NCBI GenBank assembly: GCA_016930075.1
Contig: JAFGHS010000042.1
Location: 30,641 to 94,640, forward strand
Length of the DNA: 64,000 nucleotides
Source: Deltaproteobacteria bacterium
GTDB lineage: Bacteria > Desulfobacterota > Syntrophia > Syntrophales > JAFGHS01
Reading direction: 5' to 3'
Under the pieces are notes generated by a model. That model had not been told where the DNA came from. It ran no database searches and saw nothing but the letters and a program-made list of their open reading frames with translations. The translations under genes and the position numbers were made by a program. Position 1 is the first letter of the stretch. Each line of letters starts with the position of its first letter. Positions 42,201-52,601 of the stretch are shown here, piece after piece.

Positions 42201-43784
42201 CCCGGCACGGTTGAAGCCTACGGAAGCTTTATTCATCCGGAGGACAGGGAACGGGTCGAAACGGCGGCCCGGCAGCAGAGGCGGGCGGGAGGACGGTATC
42301 GGCAAGAATACCGGTTGATCAACAAGGAAGGGCATATCCTCCATGTCCGGAGTTCCGGGATGGTGCTGTATGACCGTAACGGGAGGGCCTATCGTCTGGT
42401 CGGCACCTTAAGCGATATTACGGAACGCAAACAGGCCGAGGAGGCCCTGCGTAAGAGCGAAGAAAGATACCGCAGGTTGATGGATAATGCAAGCGATGCC
42501 ATCCTGATTGCCGACATGGAGGGGAATCTGCTGGAGGTCAACGACCGGGCGGAGGAACTGCTCGGTTACGGGCAGGATGAATTGCACGGCATGAACATCA
42601 CGCAGCTTCATCCGCAGGAAGACCTGGGAAAAGCCATGGACGCCTTCAGAAAAATTGCCCAGGGTGAATTAAATGCCGTTTATGACATTAACATATGGAG
42701 AAAGGACGGGCGATTGATTCCCGTTGACATCGCCGGAACGATGATCGAATTATCCGGGGGAAAGATCGTTCAAGGCATTTTGCGCGACATCACGGCACGC
42801 AAGCAGGCGGACGAGGCGCTGCGTCAGGCCGAGGAAAAATACCGGTCCATAGTTGAGAATGCCGTGGAAGGCATTTTTCAGTCCACCCCCGACGGGAAAT
42901 TCCGGATGGCCAATACAGCGGTGGCCAGATATCATGGTTATGACTCCTCCGAGGAATTTATCGCCGCAATCACGGACATGGGAAAACAGCTGTTTGTGCC
43001 TCCCATAGACGCTGAAGCCTATAATCAGGCCCTCGCCGGTTTGGGAGGGGTGATCAAAGGATTTGAAACCCAATTCAGACGAAAAGACGGCACGACCCGT
43101 TGGGGTTCCTTGAATTTGCGGACCGTTTACGACAAGGAGGGGCATGTCCTTTATTATGAAGGCACGGTAGAAGACATCACCGCCCGCAAGGAGGCGATGG
43201 AAAAGCTGCACAAGGCCATGGGCGGCATCATCCAGGCCATGGTCATGACGGTAGAGACGCGGGACCCCTATACCGCCGGCCACCAGCGGCGGGTGGCGGA
43301 GCTGGCCCGGTCCATCGCCCAGGAGATGGGGCTTTCCGCCGACCAGGCGGACGGCCTGCGCATGGCCGGCAACGTCCACGATCTGGGGAAAATTTCCGTC
43401 CCCGCTTCCATACTCAGTAAGACAAGCAAATTAAGCGATATTGAATACAAGCTGGTTCAGGTCCATCCTCAGATCGGCTACGACATCTTGAAAGACATCG
43501 ATTTCCCCTGGCCCTTGGCGCAGATCGTTCTTCAGCATCATGAAAGGATGAACGGCTCCGGGTATCCCCAAGGGTTGTCGGGGGACGACATTTTACCGGA
43601 GGCCCGTATCCTCGCCGTGGCCGACGTCGTTGAAGCCATCTCCTCCCACCGTCCTTACCGCCCGGCATTCGGGGTCGATCTGGCCCTGGAGGAGATCGAA
43701 AAGAACAGGGGCATCCTTTATGATTCGGCGGTCGTGGATGTCTGCCTGAGGCTGTTCCGGGAAAAAGGATTCCATTTTACGTGA
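39294..43784 (+). CDS. Multi-PAS (10 PAS/PAC) HD-GYP cyclic-dinucleotide phosphodiesterase
   Basis: Ten SE.R(F/Y)R...DIT repeat units; C-terminal RDPYTAGH, HDLGKI, HHERMNGSGYP, HRPYR. Confidence 0.93.
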   Translation: MKEESKAKRRLMKKSAPPDQRADGRRGSAPEIKPTGMALTESEKRFRSIFENSKEGIIFFDGKTQKILLANGTMAQLMGSSKEELTGRSISSLHPAEDWPAIEQEFRKHASGEISVSTGIPIIRNDGSVFYADIRSSLITLEGASYFSAFFQDITERKRFEDLLNEEQRQLKLVIDSAPIIIFYKDKEGKFIRVNKAFAERLDMPEEAFVGKTVFDLYDSHIAQGMTDDDLEVLQSRSSKLDIIEQYESADGLRWIQTDKIPIFDGQGEVAGLLGFAQDITGRKQAEEALTESEGRYRSLFENSADAILLTAPDGRIFRANPAACRMFGRTEDEIVKIGRNGIIDQNDPRLDAALHERDRTGRFRGELTLLRGDGRPFPGEVTSAVYLGEDGQPRTSMIIRDITDTVQIRAALRESEAKYRSIVETIEDGFYETDLAGRLTFFNEGLIRQLGYSRAELMGMGYRQYADGENAKIIFRVFNRVYRTGESSKGVRYDVITKAGEKKAIETSVVLIRDAAGNPVGFRGITRDITEIRQTEQALQKSEERFRIAAECTSDFVSECDIETGRFEWFGDAALRLMQLFGEIPETPEALDKFIHPEDRNRVRQAIRKHLRDGEKYLMEYRMVNQEGTTVHFRDAGMALRNSEGRAYKWIGTLTDITVSKQAAEALRTSEELFRLAAESTSDFVYECDLETGRFHWFGDAAPRLIQLLGEVPETARDFDRYTHPEDYELVRKAIRDHLREGEKYLVEYRATGAEGKPLHLRGAATTLRDSEGRAYRWIGTVTDITERKQAEEALRISEERFRLAAESSNDIICEIDGETGRYEWFGDAPKRLAQLLGEAPATVADFRRFIHPDDIDRVKKATSRHLSEGGQYREEYRVINTKGQILHFLGAGKGLYNDQGRAYRWIGTLSDITESKQAEAALQNSEERFRLAAESANDMIFEIDVRTSRYEWFGDAGERIMHLLGEIPGTVEAYGSFIHPEDRERVETAARQQRRAGGRYRQEYRLINKEGHILHVRSSGMVLYDRNGRAYRLVGTLSDITERKQAEEALRKSEERYRRLMDNASDAILIADMEGNLLEVNDRAEELLGYGQDELHGMNITQLHPQEDLGKAMDAFRKIAQGELNAVYDINIWRKDGRLIPVDIAGTMIELSGGKIVQGILRDITARKQADEALRQAEEKYRSIVENAVEGIFQSTPDGKFRMANTAVARYHGYDSSEEFIAAITDMGKQLFVPPIDAEAYNQALAGLGGVIKGFETQFRRKDGTTRWGSLNLRTVYDKEGHVLYYEGTVEDITARKEAMEKLHKAMGGIIQAMVMTVETRDPYTAGHQRRVAELARSIAQEMGLSADQADGLRMAGNVHDLGKISVPASILSKTSKLSDIEYKLVQVHPQIGYDILKDIDFPWPLAQIVLQHHERMNGSGYPQGLSGDDILPEARILAVADVVEAISSHRPYRPAFGVDLALEEIEKNRGILYDSAVVDVCLRLFREKGFHFT
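40923..42458 (+). repeat. Four tandem 384-bp intragenic PAS repeats
   Basis: Equivalent EE codons at 40923, 41307, 41691, 42075 and 42459; shared WFGDA, HP(E/D)D and GRAY motifs. Confidence 0.88.
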
Positions 43785-43921
43785 TGTCCTCTCCGGATCG
43801 ATAAAAGCAATGTCCTGTCGATTCCGGTTTCTGCAAGCATGATCCGGTCAGGGAGGCATCCGTGATCCGGATGAGGCGGCGTGCGTTCAGGCTTCTTTTC
43901 CTGATCGCCAAACGGGGCGTC

Positions 43922-44713
43922 TTACGCCCGGTTCTTTTCGTTGTCTGCATCCCCCGAAGAAGCGATCAACCGGATCATTTCATGAAGCAGGGCCGCAAGT
44001 TCCCTTTGGTCCGAAAGACAGTGCCCCGCGGCGCTGATCCCTTCGCAGCCCACATGGATTCCGAAGATGCGGCCATCGGCCAGGCGAAACACATCCTCAT
44101 CCGTGACGTCGTCCCCCACAAAAATCGCCCTCAAACAACCGGCATGATGCATGAGCCGCAGGACGGCGTCCCCCTTATTGAGGGCGCCGCGGGGCAGGAT
44201 ATTTTCAACATACTTACCCGAAATGCGCCGGGGTGAAGGTTCCAATTTATCTATAATTTCCATGATTTTACGGATCGCCCCGCCGCGGTCGGCGGCTTTT
44301 CTGTAGTGCAGCGCAAGCGACGCCCCCTTGTTTTCTATGAGGATGCCCCGGTAGGCGGCGTCGGGCAGGAGGTTTTCCAACTGCCGCTGCCAGGCCAGGC
44401 ATTGATCGTAAAACGGCTTCTCCTGTTGCTCAAGGCCGGGCAACCCTTCCGCGCCGTGGTTGCCGATGATGAAACGGGGGGGAAATCCGAGGTGTTTTTG
44501 GGCGTCCGAGCGGGCGCGGCCCGTAATGACGGCGACGGGAACTATTCCGTTTAAACGGATCAGGCCGGTGCGGATGTCTTCCGGAACCAAAACCCCGTCC
44601 GGTTCGGGCACAATGGGCGCCAACGTGCCGTCAAGGTCGAAGGCGCAAAGGGTTGAGGAATTGATAAAACGCCGGAGCGCCGAAAGGCCGGCGTCGCTGA
44701 ACAGATAGATCAT
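43922..44713 (-). CDS. otsB: Trehalose-6-phosphate phosphatase
   Basis: FDLDGTLAPI, ITGR, GNHGAE, LALHYR, NKGDA, FVGDDVTDEDVF. Confidence 0.92.
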   Translation of the reverse strand: MIYLFSDAGLSALRRFINSSTLCAFDLDGTLAPIVPEPDGVLVPEDIRTGLIRLNGIVPVAVITGRARSDAQKHLGFPPRFIIGNHGAEGLPGLEQQEKPFYDQCLAWQRQLENLLPDAAYRGILIENKGASLALHYRKAADRGGAIRKIMEIIDKLEPSPRRISGKYVENILPRGALNKGDAVLRLMHHAGCLRAIFVGDDVTDEDVFRLADGRIFGIHVGCEGISAAGHCLSDQRELAALLHEMIRLIASSGDADNEKNRA

Positions 44714-44989
44714 GAAGATGTCCTTAGGCTATTCATTTCTGCCGGACTGTAATTACTTCAGCAGGCGCACCCTGTCAATATGAAATAAAGGGAAGGCAGG
44801 CCATGTGTCCGGCGCCGCATAGCGTTTTTCGGGAAACATGGCAGGCCGGCTCGTCCATATTTTGAACAGCGGGGAAAACGGTAACTTGAAAGCTCATAAT
44901 TTGAGTGATGATGTATGTTCGATGTGTTCAGGAGCAGACCGTATGCGCCCTGTAGGCACGTCGTCCCCTTGCCGGAATCCGGCGCCGGA

Positions 44990-46267
44990 CTAATTCACGC
45001 CTGATAAATCATCTGTCCGTACGGCAAAAGCCCTGGCGTTCTTTTTGCCTTCAACGTTTTTTGTTTCATAAAAAACGGCTGTTGCGAATGTGCGATCAAA
45101 AAGGGCGGTTGCCTCTTTGAACTGAGCTATCAGGCCCTCAGGCACTGATTTGCCCGCATCTATCCTGAACCTTTTCGGATTGACCGGCCGGTTGTTCTGC
45201 CGCATTTCATAATGCAGATGCGGCCCGGTGGCCAGCCCCGTTTTGCCGACATAGCCGATAAGATCGCCTTGTTGAACCTTTTTGCCCGTTCTCATCCCTT
45301 TAACGATCCGGGAAAGATGTCCGTAATACGTGGTCAAACCATTGTGGTGTGCGATAATGACCAGTTTACCGTAAGCCCCTTTATGACCGGAAAATCGAAT
45401 TCTGCCGTCCGCCGTTGCATTGACGGGTGTTCCTGCCGGGGCGGCATAGTCTATGCCGTGATGGGGCCGGTATATTTTTAAAATCGGGTGAAGGCGCGAT
45501 TTGGAATATGAGGAACTGATTCTGCGAAAGCTCAGAGGCGCTTTTAAAAAAGCCTTTCTCACCGATTTTCCGGCGGCGTTGTAATAATCGCGTCTGCCGT
45601 CTGTCTCATAAAGGTAAGCGGCATGTTTTCCGGAATCATTGACAAACTCGACAGCAAGGATTTTCCCGTATTTCTTGAATTCATCTTCAAGATACAAACC
45701 CTCAACGATGACCCGGAATGTGTCTCCCGCGCGCAGGTCCGTATTAAAATCGATATCCCAGGCCAGAATATCCGAGATTTGCAAAGCAAGCAGGACATCA
45801 TCCCGATCACTGCCGACGGCCGACATCAGATTGTCCTCGATGGCGCCGCCGACGGTGAGGATGCGCGATTCATAGGGGACCTCGCATTTTTTTGCCGAAA
45901 AGCCGGTTTCCCCCCGCTCAATTTTCAGGGTGGTGTTGTCGTTTATGGCGTATGTAAAGGAACGGACGCTGTCATTGTCGTCCAGAATAAAACGGTAGGG
46001 CTTGCCGGGGTGGACCTGCCGCAGCCGGTGAACGGCGGCGGCGGCCTGCTTCATGGCGAACAGCTCATCCATGTTAAGGCCGTGTTTTTGAAAAACGGCG
46101 CTGAGCGTTTCGCCGGGTTCTATGTTGCTGCTGATGACCTTCGGCCCCGGGGTTTCGACGGAGGTTTGCCGTGCGTTATCCGGTGATGTCTTTGATGTGA
46201 TGTGATAGACGAAAAAGACGCCTGCAAGGAAAATCACAACCGGCAGATAAAGAATTTTCTTTCCCAT
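44990..46267 (-). CDS. M23 family peptidoglycan endopeptidase (MepM-like)
   Basis: N-terminal anchor, R.HPI....RPHHGIDYAA, YYGHLS, TGLATGPHLHYE. Confidence 0.93.
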   Translation of the reverse strand: MGKKILYLPVVIFLAGVFFVYHITSKTSPDNARQTSVETPGPKVISSNIEPGETLSAVFQKHGLNMDELFAMKQAAAAVHRLRQVHPGKPYRFILDDNDSVRSFTYAINDNTTLKIERGETGFSAKKCEVPYESRILTVGGAIEDNLMSAVGSDRDDVLLALQISDILAWDIDFNTDLRAGDTFRVIVEGLYLEDEFKKYGKILAVEFVNDSGKHAAYLYETDGRRDYYNAAGKSVRKAFLKAPLSFRRISSSYSKSRLHPILKIYRPHHGIDYAAPAGTPVNATADGRIRFSGHKGAYGKLVIIAHHNGLTTYYGHLSRIVKGMRTGKKVQQGDLIGYVGKTGLATGPHLHYEMRQNNRPVNPKRFRIDAGKSVPEGLIAQFKEATALFDRTFATAVFYETKNVEGKKNARAFAVRTDDLSGVN

Positions 46268-46447
46268 CAAGCGGTTCCTCCCGGAGAAAGAGTCGGCATT
46301 TTGTTGCGTAAATTATCGGTATGGGGCGACGGTGTCAAGAAAAAACAGAAAAAAAGATGGCATCTCTGCCGCAGATTATTGTTTTTTTTCGGATTTACGA
46401 ACATCATGCAGCGGCGAGACGGTCATGTTCCGTGGCGGCATATTCCG

Positions 46448-46476
46448 TTGACACCGGGGATGAATGTTCATATACT
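46448..46476 (+). promoter_or_regulatory. Sigma70-type promoter for 7TM-HD gene
   Basis: TTGACA-17 bp-TATACT about 40 bp before the ATG. Confidence 0.7.
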
Positions 46477-46515
46477 CGGCCCCGTGTTGGAACTGTTTAA
46501 CCGAGCGTCGAAATT

Positions 46516-48834
46516 ATGAATGTGTTGAAATGGATAAAAAATATTGCCGTACGCGAGCCGGCAAGAACGGATCGGGAACCTTATAACGAACCGCAGACAC
46601 TGGCCCTGTACGCTTTTTGTATCGCCATGTCTTTTTTCATCAGCTTTTTTTCCTCCGGTTATTTTCGCATGGATATTCCCGGATATGGCGTCGGCGATAT
46701 TGCCCGCAAGGATGTCATCGTTTCTTCCGATCTGTTGATCAAAGATGAAGGAGCGACCAGAGCAAGGCAGATTGAGGCAAGAGAAAAATCATTGCCCGTT
46801 TATCGTCATGATCCCGCGGTTAGGAATAAAATATTATCGGGATTGAAAGACGCATTTGCCCGATGCAGGAACGTGGTCGAACAGGAAACCGTCATCAAAC
46901 GAACACGAAAACCTTCATATCAGTCCCTGTCCCCCGGCGTCCGCAAAGACATCAATAATATTATTGAGAATATGGGCGTCTCACCGCCCATGGATGACTT
47001 GATGTCTTTTCTGGTGCAGGAGAATTTTAGCCCTGTCCTGGAAACCCTGATCGAAAAGCTTGTAAAACAGAGCTATCCGTCGTTTGTCGCTGCCGAAGAC
47101 AGCGTGCTTTCAGGCTTGCAGGCAAATGCAACGGTTTATGCCGCCGACGTCGCAACGGGAAAGTCGGCAGCGGTTTCTCTGGAGCAAATAAAGACTCTCA
47201 GGCAGACAAGAGAGAGCATCTATCAGAAAGCAATAAAGGATCCCGGTATTTCCGATTCGTGGAAGCCCCATATCCGGCGTATCCTGGACGGCATCATTGT
47301 TCCCAATCTGAGCTTTGACGCAGCCATGACCGTCGCCAGACAGGATGAGGATGCGGGCAATGTGGATCCGGTTTTACGGCAATTGAAAAAAGGCAAGGTG
47401 ATCATCCGCCGGGGCGATGAAATCGGCCCGATGCAGATCGTTCAGCTTGACGCCATAAGGAGCGTATCGAAAGGGGTATCGCATACGACGCGAATCGTCG
47501 GCATGGGATTGCTTATCTCGTTTACGCTGTTCATCTTTATATTCCTGCTGCGTTTTGTTCCGAGAGGGCAATGGGATTATTACCGCCTGGCCTTTTTTTG
47601 CCTCATCTGTCTTATCGTGAATATTCTGCTGCTTCAAGCGCTGTGGTTTATCGGCCAGTCCTTAAGCCAGAATTTTTTGGCCCCTCCCTTCAACGACAAG
47701 GCCTACTTTCTTTATGTCTTGCCCTTTGCTTATGGTGCCATGCTCGCAGCGCTTCTTGCCGGAGAATCCTGCGCTCTGCTTTTTGTCCTTGTGTTCTCCG
47801 TTCTGGTCGGACAATCCATCACCATTAATTTTCCGCAATTATTTTATGTGCTGCTCAGCGGACTGATCGGCATTTTGTTGATGAGAAAAGCCGTTGTCCT
47901 GAGGGTCGGCATCATCTGGGCAGGATTTAAACTGGGGTTTGCCGCCATTGTCCTGTTCTTGCTTCTGCAGTTGGTGCAACAGGAACATGTGGATTTCATC
48001 GACCTTGGCTTTGGCGCCGTATTGGCCTTTTTATCGGGTCCGCTGACGGCCTTCTTTATCATGTTTACGCTTCCCCTGTTCGAGTACCTGTTCATGGTCA
48101 CCACGGAAATACGCCTGTCCGAGATGAGCAATTTGAATCTGCCTCTTGTGCGGGAATTGATCGTCAAAGCGCCGGGCACTTACAACCACAGTATCGCCGT
48201 TGGGACGCTGTGCGAAGGCGCCGCCAAAGTGATTGGGCAAAACCCCCTGTTCTTGCGGGTTGCAAGTCTGTACCATGACATCGGCAAAACCCTGCAACCC
48301 GAATATTTCAAGGAAAATCAAGGACAATTCAATCCCCATGACGCCATCAGCCCGGACAAAAGCGTCGCCCTGTTGAAAGCGCATGTGACACAGGGCGCAC
48401 GGATTGCGGCAGAGGCAAAGCTTCCCCCCGCCATCGTCGATCTTATTATTCAGCACCACGGTACGCGACGAATCTATTATTTCTATGAAAAAGCCAAGGG
48501 GCAGGCTAACAATCCGGAAGTGGATTGTCCGGAAAAGGCCTTTCGCTACGACGGACCCAAACCGCAAACAAAGGCCGCCTGCATCCTCATGCTGGCCGAC
48601 AGCATAGAGGCCGCTTCACGAACGCTTACGGATCATTCACGGGAGACGATGCTAAACCTGATTCAAAGCGTCATCGGGGATGTGGCCGGAGACGGCCAGT
48701 TTTCGGAATGTGATATTACCCTGGCCGAAATCGACCATATTGCATTCAGTTTTCTGGAGACACTCTTGAATTATTATCACCAACGCATTGTTTATCCGGG
48801 GTTTGATACGCAATCCGTCTCCTCTGTCCGATAG
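46516..48834 (+). CDS. 7TM-HD phosphohydrolase (PgpH-like c-di-AMP phosphodiesterase family)
   Basis: Extracytoplasmic domain, TM bundle, APGTYNHS, YHDIGK, QHHGT, RY.GPKP, MLADSIEAASR. Confidence 0.92.
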   Translation: MNVLKWIKNIAVREPARTDREPYNEPQTLALYAFCIAMSFFISFFSSGYFRMDIPGYGVGDIARKDVIVSSDLLIKDEGATRARQIEAREKSLPVYRHDPAVRNKILSGLKDAFARCRNVVEQETVIKRTRKPSYQSLSPGVRKDINNIIENMGVSPPMDDLMSFLVQENFSPVLETLIEKLVKQSYPSFVAAEDSVLSGLQANATVYAADVATGKSAAVSLEQIKTLRQTRESIYQKAIKDPGISDSWKPHIRRILDGIIVPNLSFDAAMTVARQDEDAGNVDPVLRQLKKGKVIIRRGDEIGPMQIVQLDAIRSVSKGVSHTTRIVGMGLLISFTLFIFIFLLRFVPRGQWDYYRLAFFCLICLIVNILLLQALWFIGQSLSQNFLAPPFNDKAYFLYVLPFAYGAMLAALLAGESCALLFVLVFSVLVGQSITINFPQLFYVLLSGLIGILLMRKAVVLRVGIIWAGFKLGFAAIVLFLLLQLVQQEHVDFIDLGFGAVLAFLSGPLTAFFIMFTLPLFEYLFMVTTEIRLSEMSNLNLPLVRELIVKAPGTYNHSIAVGTLCEGAAKVIGQNPLFLRVASLYHDIGKTLQPEYFKENQGQFNPHDAISPDKSVALLKAHVTQGARIAAEAKLPPAIVDLIIQHHGTRRIYYFYEKAKGQANNPEVDCPEKAFRYDGPKPQTKAACILMLADSIEAASRTLTDHSRETMLNLIQSVIGDVAGDGQFSECDITLAEIDHIAFSFLETLLNYYHQRIVYPGFDTQSVSSVR

Positions 48835-48985
48835 AATTTCCGCCCGGACGGCCAACACATTATTCCGCCGTCATTTGCCGTTTTTGCATCAGCATCCGCA
48901 CCGTTTTTCCGCGGCAGGACCCTTCATGTCGATGGAAAAGCCGCTCAATATATCCTTCAGGGGCTCCGGACGTCGAAGACAACGG

Positions 48986-51658
48986 TCAGGCCGGCGAATT
49001 CCGCCGCCGCCGGATGAATTTGTCGATCTCCACCGCAACGACCACCGTCAGGGCCACGCAGGCGATCTTCGCCCATTCCATGGCCGACAGGGTATCGGTT
49101 CGGAAGATCCACTGTAAGGGCGCCCAGTAGACGACGGCGATCTGGGCGATAAAGGCGGCGATCATACTGAAGAAAAGAAACGCGTTTCCCAAGGGGTTCA
49201 TCGCAAAGACGGAACGGGTCTCGGAACGGCAATTCCAGGCCTGGAAAAACTGAAACAGGACCATGGTCGTCATGGCCACCGTCCGGGCGTGTTCCACGGA
49301 GGCGCCCTCCTCAATGGCGCAATAAAAAGTGAAAATAACGCCCACGGAAATGATGATGCCGACCAGGAGGCTTCGTTCGTACATGAGACGCGACATGATG
49401 CCCTCGCCGGTTTTTCTCGGTTTTCGCCTGATGATGTCCGCCTCGCCCGGTTCAAAGGCCAGTGCAACGTCCTGGAGGCCGTTGGTCACCAGGTTGATCC
49501 AGAGCAGTTGGGCCGCCACGTAGGGCACGGGAATATCGAGGGCCATGGCGATGAGGATGGACAGGATGGCGGCCAGTCCCGTAGGAATGAGGAACAGGGT
49601 TACCTTCCGAATGTTGTCGAAAACAATTCGGCCTTCCTCTACGGCGTGAAAGATGCTGGCGAAATTATCGTCCGTCAGCACCATGTCCGCCGCCTCGCGG
49701 GCCACGTCCGTACCGCCCTTCCCCATGGCGGCGCCGATATGGGCGGCCTTCAGGGCCGGGGCGTCGTTGACGCCGTCGCCCGTGACGGCCACGATTTCCC
49801 CGTGGCGCATATACTGCTGGACGATCCGCAGCTTGTGCTGCGGAGAAACACGGGCATAGACCGACGTCTCCTGGACGCGGTTATAAAGGGCCGCATCATC
49901 CATTTCTTCCACCTGTCGGCCTGTCAGTACCGTCGCCTTACCGTCGCCTATGCCCATTGTTTTGCCGATGGCCGCCGCTGTCACGGCATGGTCCCCCGTG
50001 ATCATGGCAACACGGATGCCCGCCGCCTTGCAGCCGGCAATCGCCTCAACGGCCTCGGGGCGGGGCGGATCGATCATTCCCTGAAGCCCCGCGAAAACCA
50101 GATCATGCCCCAGGGTTTCGTGGGTAAAAGGCGTCGGCGCTTTTCCGCCCGGCAATTCCCGATAGGCCATAGCGAGAACCCGCAGGCCGTCCGCGGCGAA
50201 CCGCTCGGAAGTCTTTATAATCCTCTCCTTGTCGAGGCTGCTGCTGTCGGCCGACCGGTCGCACATCTCCAGAACTTTTTCCGGCGCCCCTTTCACAAAC
50301 ACCATCAGTTTTTCATCCTGTCGATGAAGGGTTGCCATGAAGCCACGCTCCGATTCGAAAGGGATCATCCCGACCCGGGGATGATTCTTTTGTTCTTCCG
50401 TCATATTAAGACCGGCCTTCATGGCCGACACGATCAAGGCCCCTTCCGTCGGATCGCCGTCCACGCTAAGATGTCCGTCGGCCTCCACCATCTGTGATTC
50501 ATTGCACAAAAGACCGATCCTGAGGAGACGGCATATATCCCACAGGGATGCTTCGTCCGCCGCTTCCCAGTCGTGCAGGATTTCTCCTTCCCCGTCGTAG
50601 CCCGCCCCCGTGACCTCGTAGGCCTGCTTCCCGTCGAACAGGGCCTTGACGGTCATTTCATTTTTTGTCAAGGTGCCCGTTTTGTCGGAGCAGATGATCG
50701 TGGTGCTTCCCAGGGTTTCGACGGAAGAGATTTTCCGCATGACGGCGTTTCGCCTGGCCATGCGGCTGATGCCGATGGCCATGGTGACGGTGACGACGAT
50801 GGGCAGCCCCTCGGGGACGGCGGCCACCGCCGCGGCGACGGCAATGGTGAAAATATCCGCCACGGCCATGCCGAGAATAAAACCGAGGGCGATGATGGCG
50901 GCTGCGCTGCCCAGAACCAGAAGGCCGATGAATTGAGCGAATTTGGCGATCTTGAGCTGAAGGGGCGTTTCAGAAACGGCAAGCCCCTTCACGGCCCGTG
51001 CGATGCCGCCCAAAATGGTTTTCAAGCCCGTTTCAACGACGACGCCCCGGGCGCGGCCCGTCAGGACGATGGTTCCCGTAAACGCCATGTTCGTCTGATC
51101 CCCCGCCGTGAGATTTTCTTCGCCGACGGGCGCCACGGTCTTTTCCACCGGGATGGATTCCCCCGTCAGGGCCGCCTCTTCGACCTTCAGTTCCGTCACC
51201 TCCAGGAGCCTCAGATCGGCAGGGACCTTCGCCCCCGACGCCAGCAGTACGATGTCTCCCGGCACCAGGTCTTCGCTGGGAATTTCCGTTTCCTTCCCCT
51301 CCCGGACCACGCGGGCTTTGGGCACGATCATGTTCCGCAGGGCCCGCACGCTTGTCTCGGCCTTGTATTCCTGGAAATACCCGACCACGGCATTGATGAT
51401 CAAAACGGCAACAATGACGCCCGTATCGATATATTCGGCAAGGATGGCCGTCACGACCGCCGCCGCGAGCAGGATGTAGATGAGGGGGCTTTTGAACTGA
51501 TGGAAAAAAATTTTCATGCGGCTGACGCCTTCTTCCTCCGGCAGCCTGTTGGGGCCGTATTTCACGAGCCGCTCCGCCGCCTCGCCGGCCGTCAGACCCT
51601 CCGGGCGGGTACCGGTTTCCCGGATTACGGCCTCTGTGTTACGTTGATACCAGTTCAT
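48986..51658 (-). CDS. Cation-transporting P-type ATPase (type IIA, Ca2+-like)
   Basis: TGES, PEGL, DKTGTLT, KGAPE, MITGD, GDGVNDAPAL, QLLWINLVT. Confidence 0.96.
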   Translation of the reverse strand: MNWYQRNTEAVIRETGTRPEGLTAGEAAERLVKYGPNRLPEEEGVSRMKIFFHQFKSPLIYILLAAAVVTAILAEYIDTGVIVAVLIINAVVGYFQEYKAETSVRALRNMIVPKARVVREGKETEIPSEDLVPGDIVLLASGAKVPADLRLLEVTELKVEEAALTGESIPVEKTVAPVGEENLTAGDQTNMAFTGTIVLTGRARGVVVETGLKTILGGIARAVKGLAVSETPLQLKIAKFAQFIGLLVLGSAAAIIALGFILGMAVADIFTIAVAAAVAAVPEGLPIVVTVTMAIGISRMARRNAVMRKISSVETLGSTTIICSDKTGTLTKNEMTVKALFDGKQAYEVTGAGYDGEGEILHDWEAADEASLWDICRLLRIGLLCNESQMVEADGHLSVDGDPTEGALIVSAMKAGLNMTEEQKNHPRVGMIPFESERGFMATLHRQDEKLMVFVKGAPEKVLEMCDRSADSSSLDKERIIKTSERFAADGLRVLAMAYRELPGGKAPTPFTHETLGHDLVFAGLQGMIDPPRPEAVEAIAGCKAAGIRVAMITGDHAVTAAAIGKTMGIGDGKATVLTGRQVEEMDDAALYNRVQETSVYARVSPQHKLRIVQQYMRHGEIVAVTGDGVNDAPALKAAHIGAAMGKGGTDVAREAADMVLTDDNFASIFHAVEEGRIVFDNIRKVTLFLIPTGLAAILSILIAMALDIPVPYVAAQLLWINLVTNGLQDVALAFEPGEADIIRRKPRKTGEGIMSRLMYERSLLVGIIISVGVIFTFYCAIEEGASVEHARTVAMTTMVLFQFFQAWNCRSETRSVFAMNPLGNAFLFFSMIAAFIAQIAVVYWAPLQWIFRTDTLSAMEWAKIACVALTVVVAVEIDKFIRRRRNSPA

Positions 51659-51694
51659 CGTATGTCCTTCGTATTTAATTTTCGTGATTTCTGT

Positions 51695-51767
51695 GTCATA
51701 TCGACTGAAGGGAGAGACCTGTTTCCTATTTAAGTCTCGTCAAATGTCTCAATCTGTTCGAGATGAC
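51695..51767. repeat. Degenerate GTCAT...ATGAC palindromic element, copy D
   Basis: gtcatatcga...tcgagatgac ends with an internal ggagagacc segment similar to copy B. Confidence 0.5.
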
Positions 51768-51898
51768 CCTGCGTAACCGAATTTTGAAATGCTGTCCTTC
51801 GTTTGTCCGCCTGTACGCGTCATGTGAACATCCATCATGTTTTGCCTCGGCGTACCTTTTGCAAGCCATTATCCCGGAATGCAGCGGGTTTCACATTT

Positions 51899-52510
51899 TC
51901 ACAGGGTCGGGACGGCCAGCCACGAACGGAGACCGTCCATCATGAATGTGACGGCTTTAGCGCAGATGAAAATATAAAGAATCCGGGAGAGGACAAGCAT
52001 GCCCATTCGACCCAGAGCCCGCTCAGCGTATGGCACAAGACGCAGGATGGGAAGAATCGTGAGATAAACGATTAGGGCCGCCGTTGCGGTCACAAGACTG
52101 CCGCCCGACTGGAAAAGAAGAATGGTCGTGACGATGGTGCCCGGCCCCGCCAGATAGGGAAATCCCATAGGAAAAACAGCAATGTTATCATAGGCCTGAT
52201 TCGTTCCCGACAACTGACGGGGTCCCAGGATCATGCCGCGGGCGGCGACGGCAAAAACAAGGACGCCCCCGGCAATCTTGAAAGACGCGGTGTCCACGAC
52301 AAAAACCTGCCGGAGCATCCAGTCGCCGATGAAGGCAAAGGATATGACGATGGAGGCCGCCGTGACGACGGCGATGCGAAATGCATCATTGCGCGTCTTC
52401 CGATCCATATCGCACGTCAGATCGGCAAATATGGGCAGGTTGCCGACGGCGTTGACCATGGCAAACAGGAGCAGGTAGTCGTGGAAGATGTTTTCAATAA
52501 TGATCGACAT
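51899..52510 (-). CDS. MarC family membrane protein
   Basis: LFAMVNA.GNLPIF, FKIAGG, IAVFPMGFP.LAGPG, six TM helices. Confidence 0.92.
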   Translation of the reverse strand: MSIIIENIFHDYLLLFAMVNAVGNLPIFADLTCDMDRKTRNDAFRIAVVTAASIVISFAFIGDWMLRQVFVVDTASFKIAGGVLVFAVAARGMILGPRQLSGTNQAYDNIAVFPMGFPYLAGPGTIVTTILLFQSGGSLVTATAALIVYLTILPILRLVPYAERALGRMGMLVLSRILYIFICAKAVTFMMDGLRSWLAVPTL

Positions 52511-52601
52511 AAATCATCCTATCGCGTACAGGCCTTGCGCAGCAACAACGGGCGGCAAGGTTTTGTTTTCTCTGAGCGCCGGGACGGGCGATTTGGTCAT
52601 G

